DNA of 64,000 bases, from the NCBI GenBank assembly GCA_012295275.1, contig CM022677.1, forward strand, positions 10,416,001 to 10,480,000. The letters are read 5' to 3'. Position numbers and translations under genes: made by a program. The notes beneath the pieces are model-generated. The model searched no databases and was not told where the DNA came from. It saw nothing but the letters and a program-made list of their open reading frames with translations. Below are positions 40,810-64,000 of this stretch, in pieces; the first letter of the stretch is position 1, and the number at the start of each line of letters is the position of its first letter. The stretch comes from Chrysomallon squamiferum (taxonomy: Eukaryota; Animalia; Mollusca).

Positions 40810-41539
40810 TAGTATATTAATAAACTGAACAAAGAGCTGAGTGTATTATGAAGTCTAATTAGAATTATTTTTATTCTAATTTTTAAATCTTTTTAGATCT
40901 TCACTTTCTTACCCATTATTTTTACTTAAATAAATTAATCTTTTTTTTATTCCAGTTACTGAGTTTTAGAAGACCTGTCACCCAAGCACATAATGTTTGA
41001 CAGTATGTAAAAACAAAACAAAAATAGTAAGTAGTAGTTGTAGTAGTAGTAGTAGTAGCAGTAGTAGCAGTAGAAAAATAAAATAATAATTACGAAAACC
41101 TTCCTTCATTTTATCAGTTACATTTCATAATTCTTTACAGTATATACATAAATATGCAAAACCATGTTAGTTGAAATACGGATGCTCTGTACATAAATAA
41201 ATAAATAAATAAGTATTAAATGTTTTCGCTATAATTATGGCGTTACGTTCCCCTCTAAGATCAAGATTTATGTTTATTCAAGATTTATGCGCATACAGAC
41301 ACAAACTAAAAATGTATTAAAAATCAAAACTGAAATAATGCGGTTTCTTTTCTACCCATCAATTCTTAGTCGCCTACAGGCTTGTCTAAGCAGACGACAA
41401 TGCAGTCTATTACGTGTGCATGTTTATCAAAAATATGATGCGTGACCAGCAGACGTATTGTTGCGTGCATGTCGTCACACAATAGATGTACCCGGGACGC
41501 ACTTCATTATGCATACATCCAGGATACAGGGTGTGGTGC

Positions 41540-41638
41540 TCATAAAATACACACGCAGAGAAACACCTTACAGACGACATCAACAAAATGCGACATCAAT
41601 TTCATCTTCTTTCATTTTATTAGAAAGAATTCGAAGAG
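41540..41638 (+). promoter_or_regulatory. Probable promoter and non-coding exon 1 of the Cys-rich gene
   Basis: CpG-containing patch, CATAAAA at 41541 with ACAGAC ~30 nt downstream, strong donor GAG|GTAAGT at 41639. The ATG at 41588 opens only an 11-codon uORF. Confidence 0.5.
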
Positions 41639-42125
41639 GTAAGTGATAACATTGTATGTATTTTTATTTTAATACGATTTATTTTTTAAAACTTTCAGGT
41701 CTGATTATTAAATGTGTTGCAGTATCAAGAAAGTATATATATATAGATAGATATATTAAATGAAAAATATTTGCTTATTCCTTTTATAACTTTTTTATTT
41801 ATTTATTTAGTTTCTTATTTACTTAGTTATCACAATAATATATATTTTTTTCTCGTTCTTTATTATTTCAGGATTTTATTTCATTAGTTTGTTGTTGTAT
41901 TTCATTCTTAAAATTATAACTTTATCAGTAATATAAATATTTCAATTAATTAAAACTGGAATTTCTTAACTGTCTACTTTCTTCTAACTTACTATTTATT
42001 ACCGACTAATTAATTAATTATTGATTTCCTTATTTCTTGCTCCAGTTATACTAACGACGTTTTCCAGACTTTTCAAACAAAAATTAATTTTTATTTATTA
42101 ATTTTATTTGCTATATTTTCAGCAG

Positions 42126-64000
<21,875 letters not shown>

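Overview
AT-rich, microsatellite-dense eukaryotic (animal) DNA with GT-AG introns. The gene and transposon types suggest a mollusc, probably a gastropod (inference only). Contents: (1) a 3-exon RING / coiled-coil / NHL-like beta-propeller (TRIM-like) E3 ligase gene at ~6.4-9.3 kb with no B-box and one frameshift near its 3' end; (2) a repeat-rich 10-34 kb interval with TE relics (Tigger-like end, I-group LINE, Sola/DUF7869-like transposase, hAT-like foldback MITE, LINE ORF1, an LTR with a tRNA-Leu PBS), minisatellites and a cryptic micro-exon chain, plus a Tc2-like MITE at 4.4-5.1 kb; (3) a 200-N gap; (4) a decayed Cys-rich gene at 36-38 kb; (5) a Tc1 relic; (6) from ~41.6 kb to past the window end, a large secreted Cys-rich (EB/EGF-like module) protein gene. 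All its introns are phase 1, and its 3' part is a near-identical ~5.9-kb, 5-exon, 338-aa tandem array with mosaic homogenisation, a chimeric junction exon, dead acceptor copies and 41 Cys (odd) per repeat. Most ORFs in the supplied track are microsatellite artefacts. All gene models were derived by hand from splice signals and frame continuity; no database search was run.
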